Source: a bacterium (GTDB lineage Bacteria > SZUA-182 > DTGQ01 > JAFGSM01). Taken from it: DNA of 64,000 nt. Every line of letters begins with the position of its first letter. Within the stretch, counting starts at the first letter, position 1. This document shows, in pieces, positions 8,515-19,394 of the stretch. Below the pieces are notes generated by a model. That model was not told the origin of the DNA, made no database searches, and saw nothing but the letters and a program-made list of their open reading frames with translations. Where the stretch lies: positions 64,001-128,000 of the forward strand of contig JBLIRN010000001.1 in the NCBI GenBank assembly GCA_049472315.1. Direction: 5' to 3'. Position numbers and translations under genes: made by a program.

Positions 8515-8543
8515 AAACTATCAACTAACCCTTGGAATGTCAA
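8515..8543 (-). promoter_or_regulatory. Candidate Pc cassette promoter (sigma-70)
   Basis: TTGACA-17 bp-TAGTTT with TGn extension, pointing at attI. Confidence 0.6.
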
Positions 8544-8578
8544 GGCCATTTTAACTCTTATAGATCAATCAATTAAGT

Positions 8579-9553
8579 ATGGATAAAAAACAACCGAAGA
8601 GGCTTGTGGATCAGATCCGTGATACGCTCCGACTAAAGCATTACTCCATTCGCACTGAAAAATCATATGTAAGCTGGATCATAAAATTCATCATCTTTCA
8701 TGGCAAACGCCATCCTCGAGAGATGGGAATCCAGGAAATCGAAGAGTTTCTTACACACCTGGCAGTTAAGGAACGAGTGGCATCCTCCACCCAAAATCAG
8801 GCCTACAGCGCAATTCTTTTCTTATACCGAGAGGTTCTCAAGAAAGATCTCCAAGGCCCTATCGATTCCATCCGGGCAAAAAAGCCAAGGCATTTGCCCA
8901 CAGTGCTTACCAGAGAAGAGGCGCACCGAGTCATTAATGCAATGACCGGCGAACACCAGTTGATGGCGAAATTACTCTATGGCTCCGGGTTACGATTAAT
9001 GGAATACGTTCGGCTCCGTGTGAAGGATATCGACTTTGAGCAGGATCGAATCATTATCAGGGATGCAAAGGGGATGCAGGACCGGATGGCGCTCCTTCCG
9101 GAAGGAATAAAATCACCTCTCGCCAAACAGCTACAGCGTGTCAAGTTGTTGCACGACCAAGACCTTGCGCAGGGCTATGGTACTGTCTATCTTCCTTTCG
9201 CCTTGGAGCGCAAGTATCCGCATGCCAACAGGGAATGGGGCTGGCAGTATGTTTTCCCGGCAAAGACGGTATCAACCGATCCTCGAAGTGGCACGGTTCG
9301 TCGTCACCATATACATGAGCGAAGTCTTCAAAAGGCGGTAAAGGATGCGGTGCGCCTTGCGAGGATCTACAAGCCGGTAAGCTGCCACACCTTCCGGCAC
9401 AGCTTCGCCACCCATCTGCTCGAGGGAGGATACGACATCCGAACGGTGCAGGAGCTGCTCGGGCATAAGGATGTGAGCACCACCATGATCTATACCCATG
9501 TGTTGGGCAAAGGGGTGATGGGGGTGCGCAGCCCGCTTGATCAGGTGCCCTGA
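8579..9553 (+). CDS. intI: Integron integrase
   Basis: HYS.RTE.SY N-terminus, LYGSGLR, KG..DR, IntI-specific insert ([12 protein letters not shown]...WGWQYVFP...RRHH), [20 protein letters not shown]; catalytic residues intact. Confidence 0.97.
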   Translation: MDKKQPKRLVDQIRDTLRLKHYSIRTEKSYVSWIIKFIIFHGKRHPREMGIQEIEEFLTHLAVKERVASSTQNQAYSAILFLYREVLKKDLQGPIDSIRAKKPRHLPTVLTREEAHRVINAMTGEHQLMAKLLYGSGLRLMEYVRLRVKDIDFEQDRIIIRDAKGMQDRMALLPEGIKSPLAKQLQRVKLLHDQDLAQGYGTVYLPFALERKYPHANREWGWQYVFPAKTVSTDPRSGTVRRHHIHERSLQKAVKDAVRLARIYKPVSCHTFRHSFATHLLEGGYDIRTVQELLGHKDVSTTMIYTHVLGKGVMGVRSPLDQVP

Positions 9554-11262
9554 AACTGGAGGGTGTAGAGGCGGTGATAGGCGCCCTGCTGTTTGAGGAG
9601 CTCCTGGTGGGTGCCCATCTCGACGATCTTCCCCGCTTCGAGCACGATGATCTTGTCCGCGTGCTGCACGGTGGAGAGCCGGTGGGCGATGACGAAGGTG
9701 GTGCGGTTCTGCATGAGGTTCTCCAGGGCCTTCTGCACCACCCTTTCGGATTCGGTGTCCAGGGCGGAGGTGGCCTCGTCGAGCACGAGGATGGGGGGAT
9801 TCTTGAGGATGGCCCGGGCGATGGCGAGGCGCTGGCGCTGGCCGCCGGAGAGCATGACCCCTCGCTCCCCGATCACGGTATGGTACTTGTGGGGGAGGCG
9901 GTTGATGAAGCGGTGGGCAAAGGCTGCATGCGCAGCCGCCTCGATCCTTGTCTGGGAGGCGTTCAAATCCCCGTAGGCGATGTTGTTGCGCACGGTGTCG
10001 TTAAACAGGATGGTCTCCTGGGTGACCAGGCCGATCTGTTTTCGCAGCGACGCGAGATCCACATCCCGGATGTCCTGGCCGTCGATGAGGATCGCCCCGG
10101 AGGTCACGTCGTAGAACCTGAGCAGGAGGTTCACCAGGGTGGTCTTTCCCACGCCGCTCTCCCCCACGATGGCCACCACCTCCCCCTTGCGCACCTCCAG
10201 ATCGATCCCCTTGAGGACCCTTTTGTCGTTGTACCCGAATCCCACGGACCGGTATTCGATCACATCCTTGAGGGGGGTGAGTGCAGGGGCATTGGGCTTG
10301 GACGCGATGTCCGGCTCGGTGTCGATGATCTCGAACACCCTCTGTGCCCCGGCGATGCCCTGCTGGATCTGGTTATTGACCCTGGTAAGCCGTTTGATGG
10401 GGGTATAGAGCATGAGCAGGGCGGTTATAAAGGCGAAGAAGGTGCCGGGGGTGGTCTGCCCCCGGAATACCTGGAGCCCTCCGTACCAGAGCACGAAGGA
10501 GAGTCCCGCGGCCCCCAGGAATTCCATGAGGGGCGTGGACAGGGCGATGACCCGCACCGCCCGCATAAGCTCGTTGAAATATGCCTTGTTTGCATGCTGG
10601 AACCGGTCGATCTCCCGGTCCTCCATCATGAACGCCTTGACGATGGCAGCGCCGCTGAAGGTCTCGTGCAGGATGACCGTGAGGTCTGAGATCCGCTCCT
10701 GTGCGCTCCAGGTTATCCTGCGCAGCTTTCTGCCCAGCCGGTCGATGAGCAGGGCCACGAAGGGGAGGACGGTGACTGCGACAAGGGCCCAGCGCCAGTT
10801 CAGATAAAAGAGGGCCGCGAGGTAGCCGAGGATCTCCAGGGGGTCCCTGAGGAGGTTGGCGATCCCCTCGGTCACGGTGCTCTGGACGAGCACCACGTCC
10901 TGGTTGGCCCGGCTGATGAGCATGCCGGTGGACCTGTCTGCGAAAAAACGGTGGGAGAGGCGATGGATGTGGGAAAAGATCTCGTTGCGCAACTGCATGA
11001 CCAGGCGATGGCCTATGTAGTTCATGAGGTAGACCTGGGTATAGTCGAAGACCCCCTTCAGGAAATAGAGGGCCAGGATGGCCAGGGGGATGATCTGGAG
11101 CATGATCCACCGCTTCTGCATGAAGATGTCGTCCATGAGCGGCTTCACCATAAGGGCGATCCCGGAGTTGAGGCCCGCGGTGAAGGTCATGCAGAGTATG
11201 GCCCACACAAGCCTCCCCGTGTACGGACGGATCATTCTCAACAGTCGCTTGAAGGTCTCCAC
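9541..11262 (-). CDS. msbA: Lipid A export ABC transporter permease/ATPase
   Basis: TM domain plus [25 protein letters not shown]; next to hldE. Confidence 0.85.
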   Translation of the reverse strand: METFKRLLRMIRPYTGRLVWAILCMTFTAGLNSGIALMVKPLMDDIFMQKRWIMLQIIPLAILALYFLKGVFDYTQVYLMNYIGHRLVMQLRNEIFSHIHRLSHRFFADRSTGMLISRANQDVVLVQSTVTEGIANLLRDPLEILGYLAALFYLNWRWALVAVTVLPFVALLIDRLGRKLRRITWSAQERISDLTVILHETFSGAAIVKAFMMEDREIDRFQHANKAYFNELMRAVRVIALSTPLMEFLGAAGLSFVLWYGGLQVFRGQTTPGTFFAFITALLMLYTPIKRLTRVNNQIQQGIAGAQRVFEIIDTEPDIASKPNAPALTPLKDVIEYRSVGFGYNDKRVLKGIDLEVRKGEVVAIVGESGVGKTTLVNLLLRFYDVTSGAILIDGQDIRDVDLASLRKQIGLVTQETILFNDTVRNNIAYGDLNASQTRIEAAAHAAFAHRFINRLPHKYHTVIGERGVMLSGGQRQRLAIARAILKNPPILVLDEATSALDTESERVVQKALENLMQNRTTFVIAHRLSTVQHADKIIVLEAGKIVEMGTHQELLKQQGAYHRLYTLQFQGT

Positions 11263-11309
11263 GATATACTCCCTCGTTGGGTGAAGATTTGTTTATTCAC
11301 AGGCAGGGA

Positions 11310-12779
11310 TCAACACCGGTGCCTTTCCACGATGCTCTCGATGAGGTGGGTGGTGGATTTATGTTCCGCCAGGTTCACCAGGCGCACCTGCCCCCCGTAG
11401 GACTCCACCACGTCAGCCCCCACTACCTGCTCCTTGCTGTAGTCGGCCCCCTTCACCAGTATGTCGGGCTTGATGAGCTCGATCAGGGCCAGAGGGGTGT
11501 CCTCGTCAAACAGGGTGACATAGTCCACGCAGTCCAGAGAGGCGAGGATGTGGGCCCGCTCCTCCTCCCCAAGGCAGGGACGGGAGGGGCCCTTGAGCCT
11601 CTGCACGGAGGCGTCGGTGTTGAGCCCCACCACCAGGACCTCTCCGATGGACTTCGCCTCGTGGAGGAGCTTGATATGCCCCAGGTGCAGGAGGTCGAAG
11701 CAGCCGTTGGTGAACACCACCCGCTCCCCCCGCTGGCGGTGCACGCTGACCGTCCGGCTGAGCTCCGTCCGGTTGTTGATGATCTTCCCGGCCACCGAGT
11801 AGCCCCCGCCGAGATGGGAGAGGATCTCCTCGGGGGTGACCGTGGCGGTCCCCACCTTTCCCACCACCACACCCGCTGCAAGGTTTGCCACCTCCGCGGC
11901 CCGGGGGAGGTCCACGCCTGAGGCCAGGCACAGGGCGAGGGCGGCAACCACCGTGTCCCCTGCGCCCGATACGTCGTATACCTCACGGGCGCGCGTGGGG
12001 ATGAGACGCGGTTCCTCACCCGGTGAAAATACGCACATCCCCTCCGCCCCCAGGGTGATGACCAGGCCGAGGAGATCGAGTTCCTCGATCATGCGCACGC
12101 CCAGGGAGGGCACCTCCGCGTCCTTCCCGGGATCGAGCCCCATCCCCAGGAAGGCCTCCTTTCTGTTCGGGGTTATGAGCCCTGCACCCCGGTACCGGGT
12201 GAAGTCCGTTCCCTTTGGATCCACCACCACCCTGATCCCCTTCTCCCGTCCCAGGGTGATGACCTTTTCGAGGAACGAGCGGGTGAGAAGCCCCTTGCCG
12301 TAGTCCGAAAGCACGATCCCTTGCCATTGGTCCCAGTGCCGGGTGATGTGGCGGACAAGCCGCTCCTCCTGCTTTTCGGATATGGGGCGCCTGGTCTCCC
12401 GGTCGATCCTGACCACCTGCTGATTGGCGGCGATAACCCTGGTCTTTATGGTGGTGGGGCGCTCGGGGTCCCTGATAAGGCATTCGTGCCCCACGTACAG
12501 GGAATCGAGCTGGTCTGCCAGCCACTGGGCACCGGGGCAGTCGCCGATCACACCTCCCACGTCCACCTTCGCCCCCATGGACGCCAGGTTGGCGACCACG
12601 TTCCCCGCACCCCCCAGGGTTCGTGCCTCCCGCTGCACATCCACTACCTGCACGGGGGCCTCGGGTGAAATACGCTCCACGCCTCCCCACAGGTACTCGT
12701 CGATCATGAGGTCCCCCAGGACAAGTATCCTGGTGTCTGAGAACCGGTACAGGATATCCTTCAGATGGGTGATGTCCAT
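11310..12779 (-). CDS. hldE: Bifunctional heptose-7-P kinase / heptose-1-P adenylyltransferase
   Basis: GDLMIDEYLWG.VERISPEAP, DVSGAGD, FTNGCFDLLHLGH; start taken at MDITH (RBS GAAGGG). Confidence 0.95.
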   Translation of the reverse strand: MDITHLKDILYRFSDTRILVLGDLMIDEYLWGGVERISPEAPVQVVDVQREARTLGGAGNVVANLASMGAKVDVGGVIGDCPGAQWLADQLDSLYVGHECLIRDPERPTTIKTRVIAANQQVVRIDRETRRPISEKQEERLVRHITRHWDQWQGIVLSDYGKGLLTRSFLEKVITLGREKGIRVVVDPKGTDFTRYRGAGLITPNRKEAFLGMGLDPGKDAEVPSLGVRMIEELDLLGLVITLGAEGMCVFSPGEEPRLIPTRAREVYDVSGAGDTVVAALALCLASGVDLPRAAEVANLAAGVVVGKVGTATVTPEEILSHLGGGYSVAGKIINNRTELSRTVSVHRQRGERVVFTNGCFDLLHLGHIKLLHEAKSIGEVLVVGLNTDASVQRLKGPSRPCLGEEERAHILASLDCVDYVTLFDEDTPLALIELIKPDILVKGADYSKEQVVGADVVESYGGQVRLVNLAEHKSTTHLIESIVERHRC

Positions 12780-12962
12780 TCTGTTTCCCTTCGATTCCGC
12801 TGTTGTTTTTTCCCGTTGCCGCCCTGCCATGGATGCGAACCGGGGAATGAATCCCGGTAAGAAGGTGCCCCCGCTTCCCGATCCTGCACGGCGATCCCCT
12901 TCCGAACAATAAGGCCGTCACCCGCCGTGGTCATCCGCACCGGGGGCGGAAAGGCCCGGGGA

Positions 12963-14039
12963 TTACTCATCCCTTGTCTCCGCGATGGGGTACGAGCCGA
13001 GCACCTTGAGAAAGATGCACTGGTCCTTGAGGTCCGCCAGCGCGCCCCGCACCTTTTCATCATCCTCGTGCCCCACGAGATCCACGAAGAAGATATACTC
13101 CCAGGGCTGTTTCTTGGTGGGACGGGACTCGATCTTGGTGAGATTGATCCCCTTCTTGGCGAAGGGCTTCAGCATGTGGTAGAGGGCCCCCACCCGGTCC
13201 TTGATGGAGAAGATGACGGAGGTCTTGTCCCTGCCGGTACGGGTGCTGGGTTTCTTCCCGATGACCAGGAACCGGGTGTAGTTGTGCACCATGTCCTCGA
13301 TCCTGGACCGGACGATGTTCAGGTCGTAGATGTTGGCCGCGAGTTCGCTGGCGATGGCGGCTGCAGTGGCGTCCTGGCAGGCCATCTCCGCAGCCCTGGC
13401 GGTGCTGGAGACCTCGATGACCTGGCGGTTGGGCAGGTTGTCCCTCAACCATGCCCTGGACTGGGCCACCGCCTGGGGATGGGAGTAAACCTTCTCGATT
13501 TCGTCAAGGCCGGTGCCCCGGGAAAGCAGGTTGTGATGGACCTCCAGCATCACCTCCGCGCAAATCTTCAGGTCGGAGGAGACGAACATGTCCAGGGTAT
13601 GGCTCACCACCCCCTCGGAGGAGTTCTCCACCGGCACCACGCCGTAGGTGGCCCTTCCCCGCTCCACCTCGCTGAACACGGCCTCCACGCTCTTTGCAGG
13701 GATAAGGCCGGCGGATGATCCGAATTTCTTCATCACCGCCATGTGGGTGAAGGTGGCCTCCGGTCCCAGGTAGGCAATGCGGATGGGCGCCTCCAGGGAG
13801 AGGCAGGCGGAGATGATCTCCCTGAACACCGGCCTGATGGCCATGGAGGGGAAGTTACCCGGGTTCTGGCGCTGAAGCCTTTGCAGGATCTCTTCCTCCC
13901 TGGTGGGATCGTGATACTCCTTGTTGGTCTCCCGCTTTACCCGCGCCACCTCCTTGACCACCTCGGCCCGGTCATTGAGAAGCCGGAGGATGCCCTGGTC
14001 GATGGCATCAATTCGTTTTCTCAGTTCCTCTAAATCCAT
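12963..14039 (-). CDS. pheA: Chorismate mutase / prephenate dehydratase
   Basis: LR..ID.ID..I..LL..R, YLGPEATF, VPVENSSEG, NYTRF, LTKIESRP. Confidence 0.95.
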   Translation of the reverse strand: MDLEELRKRIDAIDQGILRLLNDRAEVVKEVARVKRETNKEYHDPTREEEILQRLQRQNPGNFPSMAIRPVFREIISACLSLEAPIRIAYLGPEATFTHMAVMKKFGSSAGLIPAKSVEAVFSEVERGRATYGVVPVENSSEGVVSHTLDMFVSSDLKICAEVMLEVHHNLLSRGTGLDEIEKVYSHPQAVAQSRAWLRDNLPNRQVIEVSSTARAAEMACQDATAAAIASELAANIYDLNIVRSRIEDMVHNYTRFLVIGKKPSTRTGRDKTSVIFSIKDRVGALYHMLKPFAKKGINLTKIESRPTKKQPWEYIFFVDLVGHEDDEKVRGALADLKDQCIFLKVLGSYPIAETRDE

Positions 14040-14352
14040 GCCCTGTTCCTTTGCGAATCGATAGTGCTGCAAGGTTCGCTGTACGGGGATGGCCCCATGC
14101 CGACCGCTCCGTTTGCAGGCAATAAGTCCTTTTTTTCATATGGTTAAGACACCGCAATACCTCACGGCGCTGCTCGGCACTGAACCTTCTTCGATCAAAT
14201 GTACCTAAAAAGCCAAATTCTGTCAAGGATTTGCCGATTGTTATATATAGAGGATCAAAACAGGGCACAGGTATATTGCACGGCTGCAATCAGACCGCCC
14301 TATGTATTTCTTTTTGCGAATGTACGGCCTCCTTAATAGGGTAGGCAGTAAA

Positions 14353-14381
14353 TTGACAGTATACCGGATTCGGTTTATAGT
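14353..14381 (+). promoter_or_regulatory. Sigma-70 promoter of gsp operon
   Basis: TTGACA-17 bp-TATAGT. Confidence 0.7.
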
Positions 14382-14477
14382 GGTAGGTTGATTTCATGGA
14401 TGTCTATCCCTCCTTCATGCCGGAGCGGGGGAGCATCCGGTGTTTTTTAAAGGGAAAAAGAGAGAGGTTCAGCGGGT

Positions 14478-15392
14478 ATGGTTAAGAAGACATTCTGGGT
14501 CGTCATCCTTGTGTTGGCGACCATATCGGCATACCTTGCCGCAGACGCCGTAACCGTCCGTATCAAGACCATCCTCGACGTTCCTCCCACCACCCCCTTC
14601 ACCGTTCGGCCCGAAGGGCATGAGGCCCCGAAAAGCAGAAACCGGAAGGGGTACTACCAGATCATCACCCAGCGGGACCTCCTCCAGGTGGAGCCCAGCA
14701 AGGAAGGGCCCCAAAGGGGGGAGGAGGAGGAGGAGAAGGTTGCGCCCCTTACCGCACTGAGGCTCAAGCTCCTGGGGACCATGACCGGATACGGGATCGT
14801 GCCGTTTGCCATCATCCTTGACGAAGGCGCCAGAAAACAGGACCTGTTCACCGAAGGGGACGAGATCGGTCCCGCAAAGGTGGTCAAGATCTATCGTCAC
14901 AAGGTTATCCTGGAGCACGAGGGCAAGGAGGAAATGCTCATCGCCTTCGAGGATATGGAGGCATTGATCAGCGCGGCCATGGGAGAGCCCGAGGAATCGG
15001 GCGCCCAGGAGAGCCCCGGGGAGCCCCCGATTCCCGGGCGTATCGGGAAAAAGATCGCACAGAACCACTGGGTGATGGAGCGGGATGAGGTGCAGAACGT
15101 GCTCGAGAACTCGAGCCAACTCCTCACCCAGGTGCGGATCATCCCCCATTTTGACAAGGGAAAGATCGACCAGCCTGACGGATTCCAGGTGGCGAATATC
15201 AAACCCCGGAGTTTTTTTGACACCATGGGTCTGAGGAACGGGGATGTGATCAGGTCGGTCAACCGGATCCCTGTGGACAATGCGGAAAAGGCGTTCGAGG
15301 CATATCAGAAGCTCAGGAACGAGTCGCGCATCGAGGTGGTTGTGGTCAGGAACAACAAGGAGGTTACCCTGCAATATGATATCAATGATTAG
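14478..15392 (+). CDS. gspC: Type II secretion protein C with PDZ domain
   Basis: N-terminal TM, LKLLGT HR domain, C-terminal GLRNGDVI.SVN; precedes secretin. Confidence 0.85.
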   Translation: MVKKTFWVVILVLATISAYLAADAVTVRIKTILDVPPTTPFTVRPEGHEAPKSRNRKGYYQIITQRDLLQVEPSKEGPQRGEEEEEKVAPLTALRLKLLGTMTGYGIVPFAIILDEGARKQDLFTEGDEIGPAKVVKIYRHKVILEHEGKEEMLIAFEDMEALISAAMGEPEESGAQESPGEPPIPGRIGKKIAQNHWVMERDEVQNVLENSSQLLTQVRIIPHFDKGKIDQPDGFQVANIKPRSFFDTMGLRNGDVIRSVNRIPVDNAEKAFEAYQKLRNESRIEVVVVRNNKEVTLQYDIND

Positions 15393-15420
15393 CGCACCAG
15401 GGATATAGGGAAAGGAACGT

Positions 15421-17649
15421 ATGTATTTATCATCGAAGAGAAAAAGGCCGCTCAGCATGTTTTTCATGATCGGCGGTCTCGGCATTGCGTTGTTGCTGGG
15501 CATGGTCTGCCGGTGCCCGGCGCAGCCGCCTCAGCCCATCCTGCTTGCTTTGAACGAACGAGGCAAGTCCGATGCAAAGGGCACAAAGGAGCCCGCCAAG
15601 AACGTCACGCTCGATTTCAACAACGTGGACATCCGTCTGGTGATCAAGTTTATGAGCGACCTTTTGGGAAAGAATTTTCTGGTCGATGACGCGGTCAAGG
15701 GGAACGTGACCATCATCTCACCCCAGGCCGTACCCGTTGACGAGGCCTATCAGGTGTTCGAATCCATTCTGGAGGTCAAGGGATTCGCCGCAATACCCTC
15801 AGGCTCCGTTATAAAGATCGTTCCGGTGCGCGACGCCTACAGCAAGAACATCGTAACACGGACCACAGAGCACACCCTTCAGAGACGGCCGGAGGACAGC
15901 TTCATCACTCAGCTCATCCCCATCATCAACGCGGATGTGAATGAGGTAAAAAACGTGATCTCCATGCTGGTGTCCAAGGAGAGCAAGCTGATCGCCTACG
16001 GGCCCACCAACACGATCATCCTTACCGAGACCCTCTCCAATATCGACAGGCTGGTCAAGATCATCCACGAAATCGATATTCCCACCGCGGAGGTCCGGAT
16101 CGAGATCGTACCCCTCAAGTACGCGTCACCCGATACGATCGCCGCAGAGGTCATGAAGGTGGTCGGGGACCAGAAGGTGCAGCGGACCCGGCAGCGCAAG
16201 GCGGTCATCCCGAAGGATGCGGTGCAGTCAAAGATCATCCCCGACGACAGGACGGGCTCCCTCATCATCCTGGCCCAGGAGGACGACATGGAGACCATCC
16301 TGGACCTGATCACCCGGCTGGATATCCCTGCCCCCCGGGGAAAGGACAACATCCGCGTACGGGCGCTGAAGAACTCGAAGGCAGAAGAGGTGGCAAAGGT
16401 GCTGAGTTCCATCATCAGCCAGCAACGGTCCCAAACGGTCAAGGGAGGCCAGGAGGTGGCGGCGGCCATCGTGGGCTCCCAGATCACCGCGGACAAGGCG
16501 ACCAATTCGCTGATCATCACCGCCTCCCCCCAGGAATACGAGATCCTTTCCAGGATCATTGACGAACTGGACGTGATGCGGCCCCAGGTGCTGGTGGAGG
16601 CGCTCATCGCGGAGGTGACCTTCGGGAAGAATCAGGAACTGGGGGTGGAATGGCGTGCGGGGGTGGAGAAGATCGGCACGGATGACGGGGGAAGCGAGTA
16701 CCAGGGATTCGGGGGAACCAACTTCGGCGAGATATCCTCGATCCAGTCCGGGATTATATCGGGGGACCTGCCGCAGGGGATATTCATGGGGGTGGCGAAG
16801 GATTCCATCAAGGTGGGCAGCCTGGAATTCCCGAACATCGCGGCGCTGATCCGGGCGTATCAGGGAGACCAGGATGTCAATATCCTCTCCACGCCGCATC
16901 TCTTGACAACCGACAACGAGGAGGCGAAAATTCTCATAGGGCAGTCCATCAGCTATCCCCAGAGCGATATCGTCGACAACGTGACCAGGCAGTCGTTCAT
17001 TTACAAGGATGTGGGCCTCACCCTCAAGATCACTCCTTACATTAATCCTGACGGGTATGTCAAGCTGGAGATCTCGCTCAAGATCGACAACGTGATCCCG
17101 CGGACCACAGACCTCGGCGGCCCCCCCTGGACCACCAAGAGGGAGGCGGACACCACCGTGGTGGTCAAGGACCGACAGACCGTGGTGATCGGAGGGCTCC
17201 TGAAGGACGACCAGTCGGATACCTACGACCGGGTGCCGTGCCTGGGGGAGATTCCCCTGCTCGGATGGATCTTCAGGAAGTCAACGAAGCGAAAGGAGAA
17301 GACCAACCTCCAGGTATTCCTGACCCCTCACATCATCCGAACCCCGGAGGAGCTCCAGGCATTGACCTTTGAAAAGAGCGCCTCGCTGGAAAAGGAACGA
17401 ATGAAAATAGACATCAACACAGGCAAGGAGGGGGAATCGTCCTCAGCCGATGCACCGGGTGTCGGGCAATCTCCCGTTGATACCGAGCAGAGGCCGGAAG
17501 GTGTATCCGAGGTGACGGAGACGCCCGAGGAAACCGTGGGACCCGAGGCCGCTGCAGCAACACAACCCTTCGATACATCCGCAGATGCAGCGACCCCCGA
17601 GACCGCCCCGTCCGAGCACACCCCCGAGGCCCCTGCCGAAGGTCAATAA
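15421..17649 (+). CDS. gspD: Type II secretion secretin
   Basis: LDFNNVDI..VI, N-domain repeats, QVLVEALIAEV, NILSTP, VP.LGEIP.LG.IF. Confidence 0.93.
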   Translation: MYLSSKRKRPLSMFFMIGGLGIALLLGMVCRCPAQPPQPILLALNERGKSDAKGTKEPAKNVTLDFNNVDIRLVIKFMSDLLGKNFLVDDAVKGNVTIISPQAVPVDEAYQVFESILEVKGFAAIPSGSVIKIVPVRDAYSKNIVTRTTEHTLQRRPEDSFITQLIPIINADVNEVKNVISMLVSKESKLIAYGPTNTIILTETLSNIDRLVKIIHEIDIPTAEVRIEIVPLKYASPDTIAAEVMKVVGDQKVQRTRQRKAVIPKDAVQSKIIPDDRTGSLIILAQEDDMETILDLITRLDIPAPRGKDNIRVRALKNSKAEEVAKVLSSIISQQRSQTVKGGQEVAAAIVGSQITADKATNSLIITASPQEYEILSRIIDELDVMRPQVLVEALIAEVTFGKNQELGVEWRAGVEKIGTDDGGSEYQGFGGTNFGEISSIQSGIISGDLPQGIFMGVAKDSIKVGSLEFPNIAALIRAYQGDQDVNILSTPHLLTTDNEEAKILIGQSISYPQSDIVDNVTRQSFIYKDVGLTLKITPYINPDGYVKLEISLKIDNVIPRTTDLGGPPWTTKREADTTVVVKDRQTVVIGGLLKDDQSDTYDRVPCLGEIPLLGWIFRKSTKRKEKTNLQVFLTPHIIRTPEELQALTFEKSASLEKERMKIDINTGKEGESSSADAPGVGQSPVDTEQRPEGVSEVTETPEETVGPEAAAATQPFDTSADAATPETAPSEHTPEAPAEGQ

Positions 17650-17667
17650 ACAAGGGAAACATAGTCC

Positions 17668-19374
17668 ATGGAACCTGCAATCAGAGACATCGAGGGCATC
17701 CTCTTGAACGAGCACATCGTCACCCAGGAAGAGCTGGACCAGGCCCGATCGAGGAAGCGTGAGAGGGAGGAACCCCTGATTCAATCCCTGTGCGCCATGG
17801 GGGGGGACACCGAGGAAAGGGTACTGAAGGGCCTGGGCGGCCACTTCCACATGCCCTTTCAGAAGACCATCGCCCAGGATCTGGACCCCTCGCTCATCGA
17901 AGGGATTCCCTTTCACTTCGTCAAGAAGAACCACCTCATTCCGATCAACCGAACGAACGGGGTCATCCGGGTTGCCATCTGCAATCCCGTGAATGTGCAG
18001 CCCCTGGATGATATACGACTCATCACCGGCTGTCATGTGGAGCCGGTGCTCTGTCCCATCGAAGAGATCAACGAGGCCATCAACCGGATCTACCACCATG
18101 CGCCGGAGACCGCCGAGAAGATGGTGCAGGACCTGGACAAGCAGGATGTGGGGCTCATTACGGATCTGGGGGAGCAGCCGAAGGACCTTCTGGATCTGGT
18201 GAACGAGGCGCCCATCATCAAGCTGGTCAACCTGATCCTTGTGCAGGCGATCAAGGAACGGGCAAGCGACGTGCATATCGAGCCCTTTGAACAGGATCTC
18301 AGGGTCAGGTACCGCATCGACGGGGTGCTCCACGATACCCTCACCCCGCCGAAGCGCTATCAAACGGCGATCATTTCCCGCATCAAGATCATGTCGAAGA
18401 TGAACATCGCGGAAAAGAGGCTCCCCCAGGACGGGAGGATCAAGATCAGGGTGGGGGACCGGGAGATCGATATACGGGTATCGACGATTCCCACCGCATT
18501 CGGCGAACGGGTGGTGATGCGGCTGCTTGACAAACGAGGCTCCATACTCCGCCTCGAGGAGTTGGGGATGAGCGGCAATACCCTCAAGCGGATGCACGAC
18601 ATCATCCATCGCTCACACGGCATCATCCTGGTCACGGGCCCCACCGGGAGCGGGAAGACCACCACCCTCTACGCAGCCCTGAGCAAGATCAACTTCGCCG
18701 ACAAGAACATCATCACCATCGAGGACCCCATCGAGTATCAGTTGAACGGCATCGGGCAGATCCAGGTCATGCCCAAGATCAACCTGACCTTCTCCAACGG
18801 CCTTCGCTCCATCCTGAGGCAGGACCCCGATGTGATCATGGTGGGAGAGATCAGGGATTTGGAAACCGCGGAGATCGCCATCCAGGCCTCCCTTACCGGA
18901 CACCTGGTCTTCTCAACGCTTCACACCAACGATTCCGCAGGGGCCGTCACCAGGCTGATCGACATGGGGGTCGAGCCCTACCTGGTGGCGTCCTCGGTCA
19001 TCGCCATACTGGCCCAGAGGCTGGTGCGTGTGGCCTGCCCGCACTGCAAGGATCAGTACCGGCCCGACCAGAACTCCCTGGCCGAGATCGGGTGCAAGCC
19101 CTCGGATGTACCCGAGGGGGGGATCTACCGGGAAAAGGGGTGCCCGGAGTGCATGAATACGGGGTACCGGGGAAGGACCGGCATCTACGAGCTCCTCATG
19201 ATGGACGACACGATCAGGCGCCTGACCATGCAACAGGCTGAATCCAATGTGATCAAAAGGGCGGGGATCGAATCCGGCATGACCACCCTCAGGCAGGACG
19301 GAGCGCATAAGGTGGTCGCAGGTCTTTCCACGATTCAGGAGGTACTCAGGGTAACCCAGGAAGATGTGTTTTAG
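17668..19374 (+). CDS. gspE: Type II secretion ATPase
   Basis: ASDVHIEP, GPTGSGKTTTLY, TIEDPIE, LRQDPD, HTND, tetra-Cys motif. Confidence 0.95.
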   Translation: MEPAIRDIEGILLNEHIVTQEELDQARSRKREREEPLIQSLCAMGGDTEERVLKGLGGHFHMPFQKTIAQDLDPSLIEGIPFHFVKKNHLIPINRTNGVIRVAICNPVNVQPLDDIRLITGCHVEPVLCPIEEINEAINRIYHHAPETAEKMVQDLDKQDVGLITDLGEQPKDLLDLVNEAPIIKLVNLILVQAIKERASDVHIEPFEQDLRVRYRIDGVLHDTLTPPKRYQTAIISRIKIMSKMNIAEKRLPQDGRIKIRVGDREIDIRVSTIPTAFGERVVMRLLDKRGSILRLEELGMSGNTLKRMHDIIHRSHGIILVTGPTGSGKTTTLYAALSKINFADKNIITIEDPIEYQLNGIGQIQVMPKINLTFSNGLRSILRQDPDVIMVGEIRDLETAEIAIQASLTGHLVFSTLHTNDSAGAVTRLIDMGVEPYLVASSVIAILAQRLVRVACPHCKDQYRPDQNSLAEIGCKPSDVPEGGIYREKGCPECMNTGYRGRTGIYELLMMDDTIRRLTMQQAESNVIKRAGIESGMTTLRQDGAHKVVAGLSTIQEVLRVTQEDVF

Positions 19375-19394
19375 ATCGGGATACGGGACATACC

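Noticed and set aside
14260..14282. Sigma-54 promoter before gspC
   Set aside because: GG-to-GC spacing is 12, not 10; a good sigma-70 promoter lies downstream
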